From contig NMRA01000108.1 of the NCBI GenBank assembly GCA_002633005.1, positions 477,006-541,005 of the forward strand: DNA of 64,000 bases. The letters are read 5' to 3'. The DNA comes from Phoronis australis (Eukaryota; Animalia; Phoronida). Position 1 is the stretch's first letter. Each line of letters starts with the position of its first letter. A model generated the notes under the pieces. The model had not been told where the DNA came from and searched no databases. It worked only from the letters and a program-made list of their open reading frames with translations. This document shows, in pieces, positions 22,801 through 34,855 of this stretch. The translations under genes were made by a program, and so were the position numbers.

Positions 22801-25800
22801 ACACATTATTTACGAGTCAAACATGCGAGGTCTTTGGTCACTTTCAGGCCTCTTGATTCTTGACGGGTTAAAGCAGACTTGAATGACTGTATATCTTCTC
22901 TTTAGCGAATGGAGATATATCTCATGTCAAAAATTAAATCTTGGAGCTTTATTTTGAATAATGGGCCTGTGAAGGCTGATATGTCTCCTGCTTGGTGGTA
23001 AATAGCAAATCTCTGATACACTTTCATACAGAAGTACAGTAAGAATCAGGGCTTGGAATGACCCATGACAAAAAAAGAGGAAAATTTTCATTGCTCCCAA
23101 ATTCACATTGCAACCTAAACAACCCTACCTCAACAGATCGAAAGTAAAATTATTATCACAAGATTCCCTGTAATTGTGTGTCGTGTAGGCAAAACGCACT
23201 CGTCTTAAGCGGGGGGGTGTTATCACCCAACAGTACTATATCAGCAACAACAGTTTGAAAACAAGGTGTAAATCATAATGTGAACAATTATGCATAAGAT
23301 GTCTATAAAATCACATGTTGTGCAACTTATAGAGATGTTCTTTCAACTACAACTGACAAAGATTTTTTTCAGAATTTGTAAACAATGACTTAGTCCAATC
23401 AGATCACTCAGACCCTGTTGCGTGACTACTTCTCTTGAACTGCAAAACTCGAGTCGGTCAGAATAAGACATAATTTTTATGAAATAAAACATGAAAAAGT
23501 AGAAATAAATTGTAATACATCAATGACAATTTAAAATGTGTTTGCAGTAACGAAAATAGCACTTTGTATCCCATTTCGTCGGCAAGAAGAAAATCTGACT
23601 CAGGCCTAGCAGCCAACTTGGGCAAGTACAGGCCCGCGCCTGCACGTGGGATCAAACAAAAGAATGTCATACACCACCCACATCCCACGATTCCACTGCT
23701 GTTACATTCCGAATCCAACGCATTACGAGTTGCAGTTGAACTTACTTTTAGAAAGCGTTTTTCTTTCTTGTGTTTCGTTGTTTTCAGTGGTTCTCCAAGG
23801 CAATTCGGCAACTCACGCTGTAATCGTCCCTCTCGCAAAGTTTATACAGCGCAAACGCTAACTTTAAGTTGTTTGCAAACACATTGACCGATTCTTTTAT
23901 TCACTTCTTCCACAAAATATTTTTTTTTTACCCAAGCTCCACACATTTTTGGCTGCAGAATCCCACTATTTGTCACAGCGATTTAATACCACATGCAGAC
24001 GCCATTGATGAATCACGCTATCCCAGGTGCCTTGGCAATGACGATTTTGGTTCCTCCGAAACGTAAAAAGCAGTTTCCGCTTTTAGTCATCAGCAACGCC
24101 GAGGTAAGAAAACAATTTGCCACGGAAATTTTATCGCAAATCCGATCTTTTTCCGCAGAAATATAACAAAAATGCGTGGAGGCAACAAGAGAAAAAAGCG
24201 GAAATCTGCGTTTCCACAGAAAATTCCAAGCTCTGAAGAATACCTAGTTCAATCACAAAATTACCAGCAATTGTTTTTTCAGAAATTCACATTCAAATTT
24301 TTGCAAAAAGGTAGTCAAGTAACATCCTATAAAAGATCAGGGCTCGACATAACGAGCTGCAGGTCGCATTTGCGACCTGAAATTTGCAAATGCAAGCTGA
24401 GATTTTTGTCAGCTCGTATAAAGTTGCAAAATGTGACCTGGAATTTCCAACAAATGCAAGCTGAGTTTTTACACTTCTTGGCAGATACCTGGCAAATATA
24501 AAGCAACTCTTGTTAATCCGACCGTAATTTGGTTGTTGCCAAATCCATGTTCAAAAGAACACTAATTGAGAACAGCCCTCCCGATATAGCAAGCAAGTTG
24601 CGTGAACATGGGATATGCAGAATCTTTGACACGTTTTTCATTGGCTAACATTTTTGGCCATTTTTGCAAATTTCCGGATTCGCCGAAGAAAGTTTCGGGC
24701 AACTGCATAACACATGAAAAAACGTCACAAAACAGCGGTTTTTCTACTAATTCTTAAGTGATCAACTTACCAAACTTTGTGGTGGACGAATATGTTTATT
24801 TTTCGGGTAAGATGTCCTTATTTCGTGTACCAAATATCCACGACAATATCCCTGATATCGCACTGCGGCACTGCTGGTCGGTCCCGTTGTTAGCGCGCAA
24901 GCGGTCCTGGCATACAATCGTGACTTAGAGATGTGCGTCTAATTTTTATTGCATAAGACAGCCAAAGTGAAAATAACAACCCTATTAATTGCCAAAATGA
25001 CGGCCACGTCTTTACTTTCAGTTGGCAAGAAATTCTCAAACCCTTTACTTGTTTCTGGGGCACCGTGAGCGAGTCTTTTACACATTGTTGCCAATGTAAA
25101 GTGTAGGCCTACTCCAGCATGAACTCACGCGTGCACACCACTTCAAAGCTGCACATCAAAAGAGAACAGTGACAGTCCTAAATGAAAGAGTATACCGGCT
25201 TGGCTCTGTTAAGCACCCGGGTGCCAGTGGTTTATTTGGAAACGAACTCAGATTCCTGGCAGTTATAAAAGACCCGATGCCTTACAATATTCCACGGGAC
25301 TGATATAACCCAGGACTGATATTTTACTGTACCCATGTTTCCCGAGGTCAAGGTTACCTAAACCCTATATTCTATGCCCGTAGCCAGCTATTGCAACTAA
25401 ACAGATACTAGATGCAAAATTGTGGTTATCGAACTATTTATTTTTGTCTTCATACACCCCCCTCCGCACCCCCACCCCGGCAAATTTTCGCTCCCCGGAC
25501 CACCGTTGCCGTAAAATGTTCATACTCCAATAGAAACAATCTTGTTCCGGCTGAAGCGAGCAATTAAAAACAAAATTATTCCGGGTGGCTAAAAAGGGTA
25601 CAGTGTAGGTAACGATATAGAGAAAGCCACCCCTACTAGATGGACTTTGCCTCGCAAAATCGTATTATTATAACGTTTCTTACCATTGTAGTCTTATAAT
25701 ATCTTATTACTGCAAACACTCAGGTTAACGACTATGCTCACGCACAAACCTACTCCCTACCTTTGAAGTATGTCATAATAAGCACTCACTGATCGATCTA

Positions 25801-28800
25801 CTAAGCGTTCCCCATCAACTTTTGAGAATTTCCAATTAAGCGACAACAGTTCAGGCTAGCGCCCATCATAGCCCACTACAAACGACTGCACGTGGTTTAA
25901 AATTGACACACAGTCTATTTGTTGTGTCACTCTCATTTTACACAACAAATTCAGTTTTCAAAAAGCGTCTTTTTTCAATATGTAAAAATTAAATGCCGGC
26001 TTTATAGTTAACATGTGTGTAGTTTAATGACTGATCCATTTTTCTCGTACTTGGAAGGTACCGAGGAGCAAACTCGCCATTACCCGATGGAAACTCGCAC
26101 GGAGGGAGTCGGTAATTATTTCGAGGCAATATTTATTTTATGGAAAACTAATTGTTGAGTACGTAAACAGCATAAGTACCACATTTTTGTTGTGAAATTT
26201 GCACTGAATTGTTCCCGCGCATCCAAATAGGTCATTCGGTTAGGGCATCGTTTCATGGATTTTTCTCGAATGAAGTTACTCAAACGTCAAGTTAAGTTGC
26301 AAAACTTGGGCTGCGAACAAAAAGTGGAGGGAATTTGCACTCCGAGTTAGTTTGAATCTTTAACGACTTTCATGACAGCCAGTAGCAGGTCAGACCCAGC
26401 AAAATCCTGGATACTTTTTCAACGGGCATTTTCTCGCTTTTCACATCGCAAACTTTAGCTACTCAAATGTACGTGTCAGTTAGGGAGCACTGATTAAACT
26501 TTCATGTCAGCACCTTGCTTTTCGCTCTAAAGCCTTTCAATGGCGGTCGTAAAGAACAGTAACACAGTACCTGCATGAACGAAGTCAATTTTGCGACCTG
26601 AAATTTGTGAGTATTTAACGCTGCAGGTAAAAGCATAACCTAAACGTTTTCTCACTCAGATCTAAAAAATCAAATTTGGCAGGAAAATTTTGCGACCTGG
26701 CATTTATGAATGCGAGCTGGATTTTAAAAATACGACCTTGGATTTTGGCTAGGTCGCAAAATGCGACCTGGCTATTTCAATAGCGTCGAGCCCTGATGAT
26801 GCAATACTTTAAGGCGTGAATTAAGATTTTCCAGCCATCGAAGATTCAGAAAATATATACTTCCATTACATGGTTTAATTGAAAAGTGTTGCCGCAAGAT
26901 CGTTCACAGAGAAACAACAAAATGTCAACATTTCTTGTGAACTGAAAATGGAAGTTATTTGATAAAATGTAAAAGGCCTTCATGTCGAAGGTTGACAATT
27001 ACCTTACTAGTAAGTAACTATGCAAATTTTGAACTAATTCCTTCTAAAGAAAAATATTTACCAGGATATCCTGTGGGTTCAGCCCTTCTCGGAGGAATGA
27101 GATCAACGTCCCAGCACACAAAAAACTTGTCACCGTCTAGGTCACTTCCTGCTATTTCGTCGGCATGAGGTCGATCACCTATTGAGATCAGAAAGATTTC
27201 ATGGCACATAAAATAACTTCATGTTCAGCAGGTTTCCTTCAAACTTCCATTTCCTTCTCTTTAATGATGGGTTATAGAAACAGCTGTTACACATAACGGG
27301 AATGAGCACATTTTGGTCAAATGAACCACAACCTTCTTGATAAAAATATCTAAAGCCTTGAGTGGCACATAAATTCACAAGTACACTCCGGTGACCTAAA
27401 GTCGTGAATATAAGCATGAAAAGCAGCTGATTGTCATACTACCCAATGTCCGTTAGCAACTGCTCTTGTGATGTGATGGACAAGTATCAGCCTTCACAAA
27501 TATACATGTTTTTCCAGTCTTAACCAGTGTTTGTCTCCGTATGCAGAGTTTTGAAAGGGCCGCTCACATCGCCGGCCATTTTAAATGAGGCCCTAAAGTC
27601 GTGACCGTTTCGTTTAGACGGAAATGCACGAAGTAAGGCCACGCAAATCAACTACAGTGATTACAGTTAATCTAGACAACATAAAAATGCATTGCATTGT
27701 TTATTAATTCAGTTTCAATTGAAATAAATTGTTATGTGTTTTGCACCTGCAATTCCGATGTGCACAGAGATTTTCAATGAGGATGTTTCGGTAAAAACAT
27801 TAAGAACCCAGCATCAATTATCTCTCTGTATTTTATTGCTTTGGCTTTACAAAACTTGATCGACCCTGGGTCATTTTGACACATTGTTCAAGCTACCCCT
27901 GGAGCGCGTGTTTGAGCAAATCTGAACGATGTATATTTTCGAAAATAAATTCTGAACATGCACAAAAAAGTGGATTTGTGAAATATGCTGTTTTTAAGAT
28001 ACATTTGAAAATAGAAGCCACTCACTCACTGTTTATTATGATATTGTGAATATCAACATGTCCCGGTATTCGTTTGACGTTTGTTAAGCAGACGAATGCT
28101 GGAAACTTCAACGCCAGATGTCGCGGGACCGCGCAGAAGAGGAAATAACATCATTCACGACTTTAGGGCACTCACGGCTTTAGGACCTCCAACGATATTA
28201 GCACTTAGTTGACACAATATCAGATTTATCTTCAGAAGAAAATTTCAAATTTAATGTCAAGCACAGCCCTAGAAAAATATCCAAATTTGGCAACCATCTT
28301 AGCATCATACCTCACAAATGGCTGTTCAGAGTCACATGAAACTTTCAGATGCTATGTTTTAGGCATTGTTCTCAAAGACACTGTAATTAATTGTTTTTAA
28401 AATGTTCTACATTTGCAAGATGGCTATCAACAAAAGAACTTTTAAGATCTGCATAAAACGAAAACAAAATATTTTGGAAAAATATGACTGAGTTTTGATA
28501 ATTCATCTTGAACATTACATATGTGTTTCCCATGAGTTTTGCAAGGAACGTGGTGGTGAATGGCGGACAGGGTGCAAACTCCGTTGCCGCGAATATGAGA
28601 AATGGAATCCCCCTATTAGCTGGGTTTCAAAAGGAGCGTGGTGGTGAATGCTCGACGCGGATGCGGAACCCGGCACCACATGCAAGCATGAGATGAAGTA
28701 AGATCCTCCTATCGGGAGGGGGGGTTGGGAGCTGACCTTCCCCAGGCAAAATTTGAAGATTAGATGTAATTGGGTGCAGTTTGCTCATCATAGACAACAT

Positions 28801-31800
28801 AGACAAGACCTTAACCCATGCAAGCATCATGTCAAGTAGTGAAAGTCTCTGGGTAAAGAACACTTCGCAAGACGATTTGGCAATCGAAGTGTCCGGCGTG
28901 ATCTGTGTCACATTTGAGTACAAAAACCAGACTGAGTGTTAAATTCCAGTTATCCACGAAGTGACAAAGAACAAAAAATATTTGAACTTTGTAGACGTTT
29001 TTGCGTGGCGGTGAAGTTTCCCGTCACGATTAGGTGTGTGGCGGTCAATTTGAGTATGATTTACGAGTGGCGGGGCCAAAACGAGCGTGGCAGGCCACTC
29101 AGAAGTTTACGCACAGGGGAAACCCTACACTAAATAAAATTTGACCATGGTATTTGTGCTAACAGTGCACTTTTCTTTTTTGCAAAATTTCATTAGAACG
29201 ACATGACCCAATTAGTAACAAATTGATAAAAAGTTGAAAATCCAATTCTACAGGCTATCTACCTTCAGAAAGTATATACTGTTTTTACTAAGTTACATTA
29301 AGTTTGTTAAATGCAGTCAGGCTTGTTGGTAAGGTCCTGCATAACTTCAACAGCCAAATTTTCAAAAGAAGACAGGATACCACAAACCAGGGTTCGACAT
29401 AACGAGCTGCAGGCCGCATTTGCGACCTGAAATTAGGAAATGCGAGCTGAGATTTTTGTCAGCTTGTATCAAGTCGCAAAATGTGACCTGGAATTTCCAA
29501 CGAATGCTAGCTGAGTTTGTACACTTCTCGGCAGAAATCCTGGCAAAGATAAACCACGTACTCTTGTTAATCCGACCGTTACTTGCTTGGTGCCAAATCC
29601 AAGTTCAAAAGAACATTAATCGAGAACAGCCTCCCGTTCAGTAACGTAGGACCTCGCTAAAAATCAAAGACTTCGCGAGATTACGTGAGATATTGCCATG
29701 CATTTTAAATAAAAACATGTGACTTTGACTAGGTTTTAAGTCCTAGTGTAGGTCCCGGCGTCTACTGAACGCACGCCAGCCCTACCGATGAGATGTGCAG
29801 AATCGATCTTTGACGCATTTCATTGGCTAACAATTTTCGGTCACTTCTGCAAATTTCCGGATTCGCCAAAGAAAGTTTCGGGCCACTGCATAACAAATGA
29901 TAAAACATCACAAAACAGCGGTGTTTCTACTAATTCTTGAGCGATCAACTTACCAAACTTTGTGGTTGACAAATAGGTTTATTTTTCGCGTAAGATGTCT
30001 TTATTACATCGATGTACCAAATATCCACGACAATATCCCTGATATCGCACTGCGGCACTAGTCGATCCCGTCGTTAGCGCGCAAGTGGTCCTGGCAGACA
30101 ATCGTGACTTAGAGATGTGCGTCTCGTTTTTATCGCATAAGACAGCCAAAGTGAAAATGACAGCCCTATTAATTGCCAAACTACGGCCACGTCTTTACTT
30201 TCAGTTGCCAAGAAATTCTCAAACCCTTTTACTTGTTTCTGGGGTTACGTGCGCGAAATATGATTTGTCTCACACGTGGTTGCCAACGAAAAGTGTAGGC
30301 CTACTACAGCGATTCAAGTGCGTGAACTCACGCGTGCACACCAATTCAAAGCTGCACATCAAAAGAGAACAGCGACAGTCCTAAATGAAAGAGTATACCG
30401 GCTTGGCTCTGTTAAGCACCCAGGTGCCAGTGGTTTATTTGAAAATGAACTCATAGATTCCCGATGGTTATAAAAGACACGATGCTTTACGATATTCCTC
30501 GGGACCGATATAACCCAGAACTGATATTTTCCTGTTCCGATGTTTCCCGAGCTTGATGTTTCCCAAACCTTGTATTCTATGCCCGTAGCCAGCTATTGCA
30601 ATTAAACGGGTACTAGATGCAAAACTGTGGTTAGCGAACTTTTAATTCTTGTCTTCATACACTTTTCTCAATATATAACAAGAGCAACGCAGAGCGTTGA
30701 AATGCGCCCACAATTGCATTGCATACGGTATCCTTTTAGGGTTGTTTATTGGTACCATAAAGTGGCCAGTAGAGGGCATACATGTAGTATGTTGTACTTT
30801 GCAAAATGGAAAGGCATGGTCATTGTCTCCTCAATAGGCTAGGGGCAAAATGTGAGTGATCTTCATAATACAAGCACATCCTATACATCAGTTGCTTAAA
30901 GCACCACAGAAACATAGAATTAAAAAAAAAATTACCAACATACGAGATTAGCACAGCATTAGAATGCCAGAAACAAATTTCTACTTGGAAATTTTCCGTC
31001 ATAGTTACGAAGTAACACAAAGTATACACCTGAAGACCTATGAAAATACAGAGGTCAATGTAAAATACTAAAATTGCCAATAGAGGCATACCAGTAGTCA
31101 GAATCATCCTAAAGTCGTCATCGTCCGTTGTCAACATCACATAAATACACTTGCTAAATTAAGTAAAGATCCTGCAAACGGTTTGGGAGATACAGCCATG
31201 GGCACAAAAAAAAACTGCCACTAGGAGGTGGCACAGTAATCAAAGTCACGGGAAATTCAGTGTCAACCGTCCTCTTCATAGTAAGAACATACATGCCAAT
31301 TTTCACAATCATACTTATAGCGGTTTGGTTGATAGAGGGGTGGACGCCAAAAAACAGACTCAAAAACAGTAAAAATGGCCACTGGGTGTCGCAAACTAGG
31401 TGGAATCCATCCGAAAACTGGAGGATAGCGTCATCGCACTAATAGGTGCCTACATACTAAATTTCATGAAAATCCGTTAAGGACTTGTGAAGATACAGAG
31501 GTAAACGTAAAAAAATAAAATTGCCACTATGGGGCACACTGGTAGGCGGAGCCGTCCAAAAGTCGTCATCATCTGTTGTTAACATAATATAAATACACTT
31601 ATTAAATTTCGTAAAGATCCTGCGAACGGTTTAGGAGATACAGCCATAGGCGCAAAAAAAACAAAACTGCCACTAGGAGGCGCCACAGTAGTCCAAATCG
31701 TCTGAAAATCATCGTCAACCGTCCTCTACATAGTATGCATATACAAGCCAATTTTCACAATCATCCTTCGAGCGGTTTGGTTGATAGATGGGGTGGACGC

Positions 31801-33752
31801 ACAAAAACAGACTCGAAAACACTAAAAATGGCCACTAAGTGGCGGAAACTATGTCTAATCCATCTGAAAACGGCAGGATAGCTTCATCTCACTAATAGGT
31901 GCCTACATACCAAATTTCATGAAAATCCATTCAGGACTTTTGAAGATACAAAGGTAAGCGTAAAAAACTAAAATTGCCACTAGGGGGCACACCGGTAGTC
32001 AGATCCGTTCGAAAGTTCGCACATGCCGTCCCATTCATGAATGGAACATATGTGCCAAATTTCATGAACATATGTCAAAGGGTTATGGAGATAAAGCAGC
32101 GGACGCCGGACGGGGGCCGCCCGGACGGATATGACGGCATAATGCGTCCACATATAAATATGTGGGTGCATAACAAAACGCATACAAACATCACGGCCAA
32201 GTAGTACCAATTTGATAACGGTAACTAAATCAAGATTTGTTGTTGGACAGAGAACATGGGTTCACAGTCACTTTAACAAAGATTTTAAATGCAAAAAATT
32301 ACCTTGTACAGGAAAAACCACAACGTCCACAAGATGGTGACACTCTGGAATATCAACACAGGTGAGAACTCGGACATCACCTTTGTAATAACATGGATTC
32401 TTGCACACGACCACTTCCATGTCACTGAGAACTTTTGGAACACCCCCTATTGTTGGTTGAAGAAAGCAGGTACCATACTTGAGCTTTCCCGATGGGTCAC
32501 ATACACCATAGATGTTGCGTGATTTCTCAATAGGGATTTTAAGGCCAAGAGCAGGAGACTTTTTTTTCTTCAATAACTTGTTAGTGTTCCCATAGTTTGG
32601 GGCTTCAATGCCCTTTCGTCAAATGCGAAGCAATTCCTTTTTAACTTCAACATCCGTACTAGCGCTGTTTGGATCAGCAATCAATCTTTCAGCAAGATTG
32701 AAGCGTTCACTTGCACACAAATAACGTATCTGGAGATCCCGATCCGAGGTCAGGCGACTGAGGTCTTGAAAGTGGTTCTCCTGCTTGCCCAACAGAACAT
32801 CATCATGAACTCCAAGCGCTGACAAAAGGCAGATGTATTGCTTATTCAGAACACCATAACAATTAGGCCTCGACATACCTAACCCATTATCTACCACTCC
32901 TAAGTTATATGGACCAGAATCAATGTCGTAGTTCCACTGAAACTTCTCCATTGAAGGTCGAATCTTGACTCCGGCCTCTAATGTAGGGTCCAACATTAGC
33001 ATGCCTTTACATCCCAGTAAACGCACTTGAAACGCAGATGGCACACCCAACCGTAAATATGAATACTTCTCTGTAATTTCAAGCTTTTCTAAAATTTGTT
33101 TTGCAAGGTTCACGGAAATAAAGCCACAACCATCGGTAAACGTGTGGGAATTCCTTTCAACATCACCAACCCTTTGTATCTCTTCTTTTGTGAGAGTAAC
33201 AACAGGTTTTGAGGCTGAGAGCAAAAGTCCGATTCTTGCAGCTTTTTTAGATACCGTTTTCAGGTTATCAAACCGGCCAAAGGCATTGACAATGCACCTA
33301 AAATCTCCAAGCTCGTTATAGTTGTATAGCACACATGTGCACTCACGCAGCTGGCTAGGGGAGTGGCCGAAAAAATTATAGATCCTGACGTTATATTGTC
33401 CATTGATTTTTTCGCAGACTTTCAAACCTTTGTTTAAAAAATCAGACATGACCTTGGCAGGACATCTTTTGTCAAAGTGAATAACTAAGAACCGCCTGGC
33501 TCCATGTTTGTTGTACAGAGGACACGACGTTGATTCGGCATATGGACATTGATGCAGCTCAAGGTAAAACTCATCCAATGAATTTTTCTTCATTCCATAT
33601 GACAATATTTTACGTCGAACAATGTAAACGGTCTTCAAATCCATATTCCCTAAAGGCGATGGAGGGAATTTAATGACATCGTCATTTTCTTCTTTAGGTG
33701 ACACCAGGTCCTTTAATTCATATGTCTTCTTCATCTTGATTTTCACCCCGTC
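19870..33752 (-). CDS. Eukaryotic (QDE-1/RDR/Rdp1/EGO-1 family) RNA-dependent RNA polymerase domain, three exons
   Basis: Family motifs appear in order: FTDGCGFIS, PSAFQVRLLGCKGML, RPSMEKF, LNKQYICLLSALGV, GVCDPSGKL, KNPCYYKGDVR, VVFPVQG|DRPHADEIAGSDLDGDKFFVCWD (catalytic DxDGD, exon 27178-27062) and AIDSAKTG (exon 20061-19870). Confidence 0.95.
20540..22466. repeat. Duplicated segment across an N gap (two haplotypes); one copy carries a transposon insertion and the other the empty site
   Basis: 20540-21047 matches 21960-22466. The element CAGGGCTCGACATAACG starts at 21048 after GTGCATG. The second copy reads GTGCATG|CCACC. The gap is 21244-21959. Confidence 0.85.
23047..24235. mobile_element. 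Non-autonomous DNA transposon family B (CAGGGCTTGGAAT TIR, 6-bp TSD)
   Basis: TIR CAGGGCTTGGAAT...ATTCCAAGCTCTG, with the direct repeat AAGAAT on both sides. Confidence 0.8.
24338..26795. mobile_element. Non-autonomous DNA transposon family A (CAGGGCTCGAC TIR), full-length copy
   Basis: TIR CAGGGCTCGAC...GTCGAGCCCTG with subterminal GGTCGCA/TGCGACC repeats. Other copies start at 21048 and 29388. No transposase ORF was seen. Confidence 0.8.
29388..30661. mobile_element. Truncated copy of transposon family A
   Basis: Collinear with 24338-~25456 (CAGGGTTCGACATAACGAGCTGCAGG ... GTCTTCATAC). Confidence 0.8.
30677..32176 (+). mobile_element. Helentron-associated (HINE-like) element with ~450-bp internal tandem subunits
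   Basis: Starts AACAAGAGCAACG...GCGCCCACA. Subunits begin AAATTGCCA near 31072, 31518 and 31971. A GGACG tract precedes the terminal hairpin CCACATA-TAAA-TATGTGG. Confidence 0.65.
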
Positions 33753-33879
33753 CTGTAAAGCAGTCAATCACATTGGACAAGTTGACCTGAACTAGTTAGA
33801 ATAATAGACATGACAAAAATAATACTGCATAATAATATATATCCCATACGCTTTGAATAAATCAAATGCAATGCAGCCA

Positions 33880-34080
33880 CGTGTTATTGTTTTCCGTATT
33901 GAATTCCCGGGACTACTTTAACAGTGCCCTCTGACATGGAAAGTTCAAAAAGTAGGTCAGTGTCGACTGGACGTCGTTAGCCGGCTCGATCATCAAACTT
34001 TCCAAAAACAATTTAAAGTAATAAAATTGCAGCAGTATAAATAACACACAACATGCACTCGGGTCCCAAACATAACATCT
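33880..34080. repeat. Dispersed repeat, with an inverted copy at ~52930-53128
   Basis: GGGACTACTTTAACAGTGCCCTCTGACATGGAAA...GACGTCGTTAGCCGG is the reverse complement of 53025-53100. Confidence 0.75.
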
Positions 34081-34142
34081 TGTACAAAACTGTTAATTAT
34101 ATCATTCATTATTAGTGGAAAGAGGCCACAACAAAAAACAGG

Positions 34143-34361
34143 TTGTATGAGTTATGTAATTCAGGATGTGTAGAGGACGAATACCCCCTTGTGTTAGTTT
34201 GCAGTGTGTACCAAGACCTTCGGATTAAGTACTTAAGTGATCGCTTTTGTCATTCTCCTACGACATATAAATTTGAATCTCTCAAGAGAACTCCGGATAC
34301 CCTACTTCTAAAATTCGACCATAATGCTCTCAAGCGTCACAATTTATTATCCAATTTGTAA
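34143..34361 (+). mobile_element. 3' relic of a CR1/L2-type LINE ORF2
   Basis: ELCNSGCVEDEYPLVLVCSVYQDLRIKYL matches the C-x2-C...EDE-x-H...C-x2-Y-x2-LR C-terminal motif, in degenerate form. Confidence 0.65.
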
Positions 34362-34384
34362 CGCACCTGATAATGTTCTGTCTT

Positions 34385-34855
34385 CAGGGCTTGGAATGAC
34401 CAATGACAAAAAACGCGGAAACGTTGAAACTTTTACGGCCCAAAGCATGCCCGATAACCAGCCTTGAAATGGTCAATGTGAACCTTCCCCCGACAAAAAT
34501 CGCATGCATCTGCGTCCTTTTAGCTCGCCCGTCCACTCCCAACCCACACATTTTTGTCTGCAGAGCGGTAGAATTTGTCGCCGCGCTTAACAATAACACG
34601 AGACGCCATTGAAAATCCCACCACGCTGTCCCAGATGCCCCGGCAATGTTGACAATTTACGTTCCTCCGAAACATAAAGAGCAACTTCCGCTTTTCGAGG
34701 TGAACGTCGTCTGCAACGCCGCGGTAAGAAAGGAATTTGCCGCGGAGATTTTATATCAAATCCGATTTTTTTTACGCGTAAATATTATAAAAAAAGCGGA
34801 AAGCACATTTGAAAAAAGCGGAAATCCGCGTTTCCGCAGAAAATTCCAAGCCCTG
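34385..34855. mobile_element. Shorter copy of transposon family B (MITE)
   Basis: Perfect TIR CAGGGCTTGGAAT / ATTCCAAGCCCTG, 6-bp TSD TGTCTT, internal similarity to 23047-24235. Confidence 0.85.

Larger units (their letters stand above)
4637..33752 (-). pseudogene. Multi-exon RdRP + BACK-like linker + UPF1-like SF1 helicase fusion gene (~1650 codons visible); this copy is disrupted by a nonsense codon and a frameshift
   Basis: Exon chain 33752-32303, 27178-27062, 20061-19870, 19209-18662, 17140-16498, 16281-16148, 15757-15624, 13524-13210, 12196-~11999 (cut at n), 10474-10262, 9686-9466, 8589-8397, 6572-6438, 5627-5345, 4803-4637. Junctions are canonical and phase-matched. There is an in-frame TGA at 32621-32619 and a +1 frameshift near 16530. 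Confidence 0.75.

Noticed and set aside
32619-32621. Selenocysteine recoding of the TGA
   Set aside because: It is not a conserved Cys position in RdRPs, no SECIS was recognised, and a separate frameshift points to decay.
32268-33767. Endogenous RNA-virus polymerase
   Set aside because: The motifs are cellular DxDGD double-psi-barrel type, not viral GDD palm type, and the gene has spliceosomal introns.
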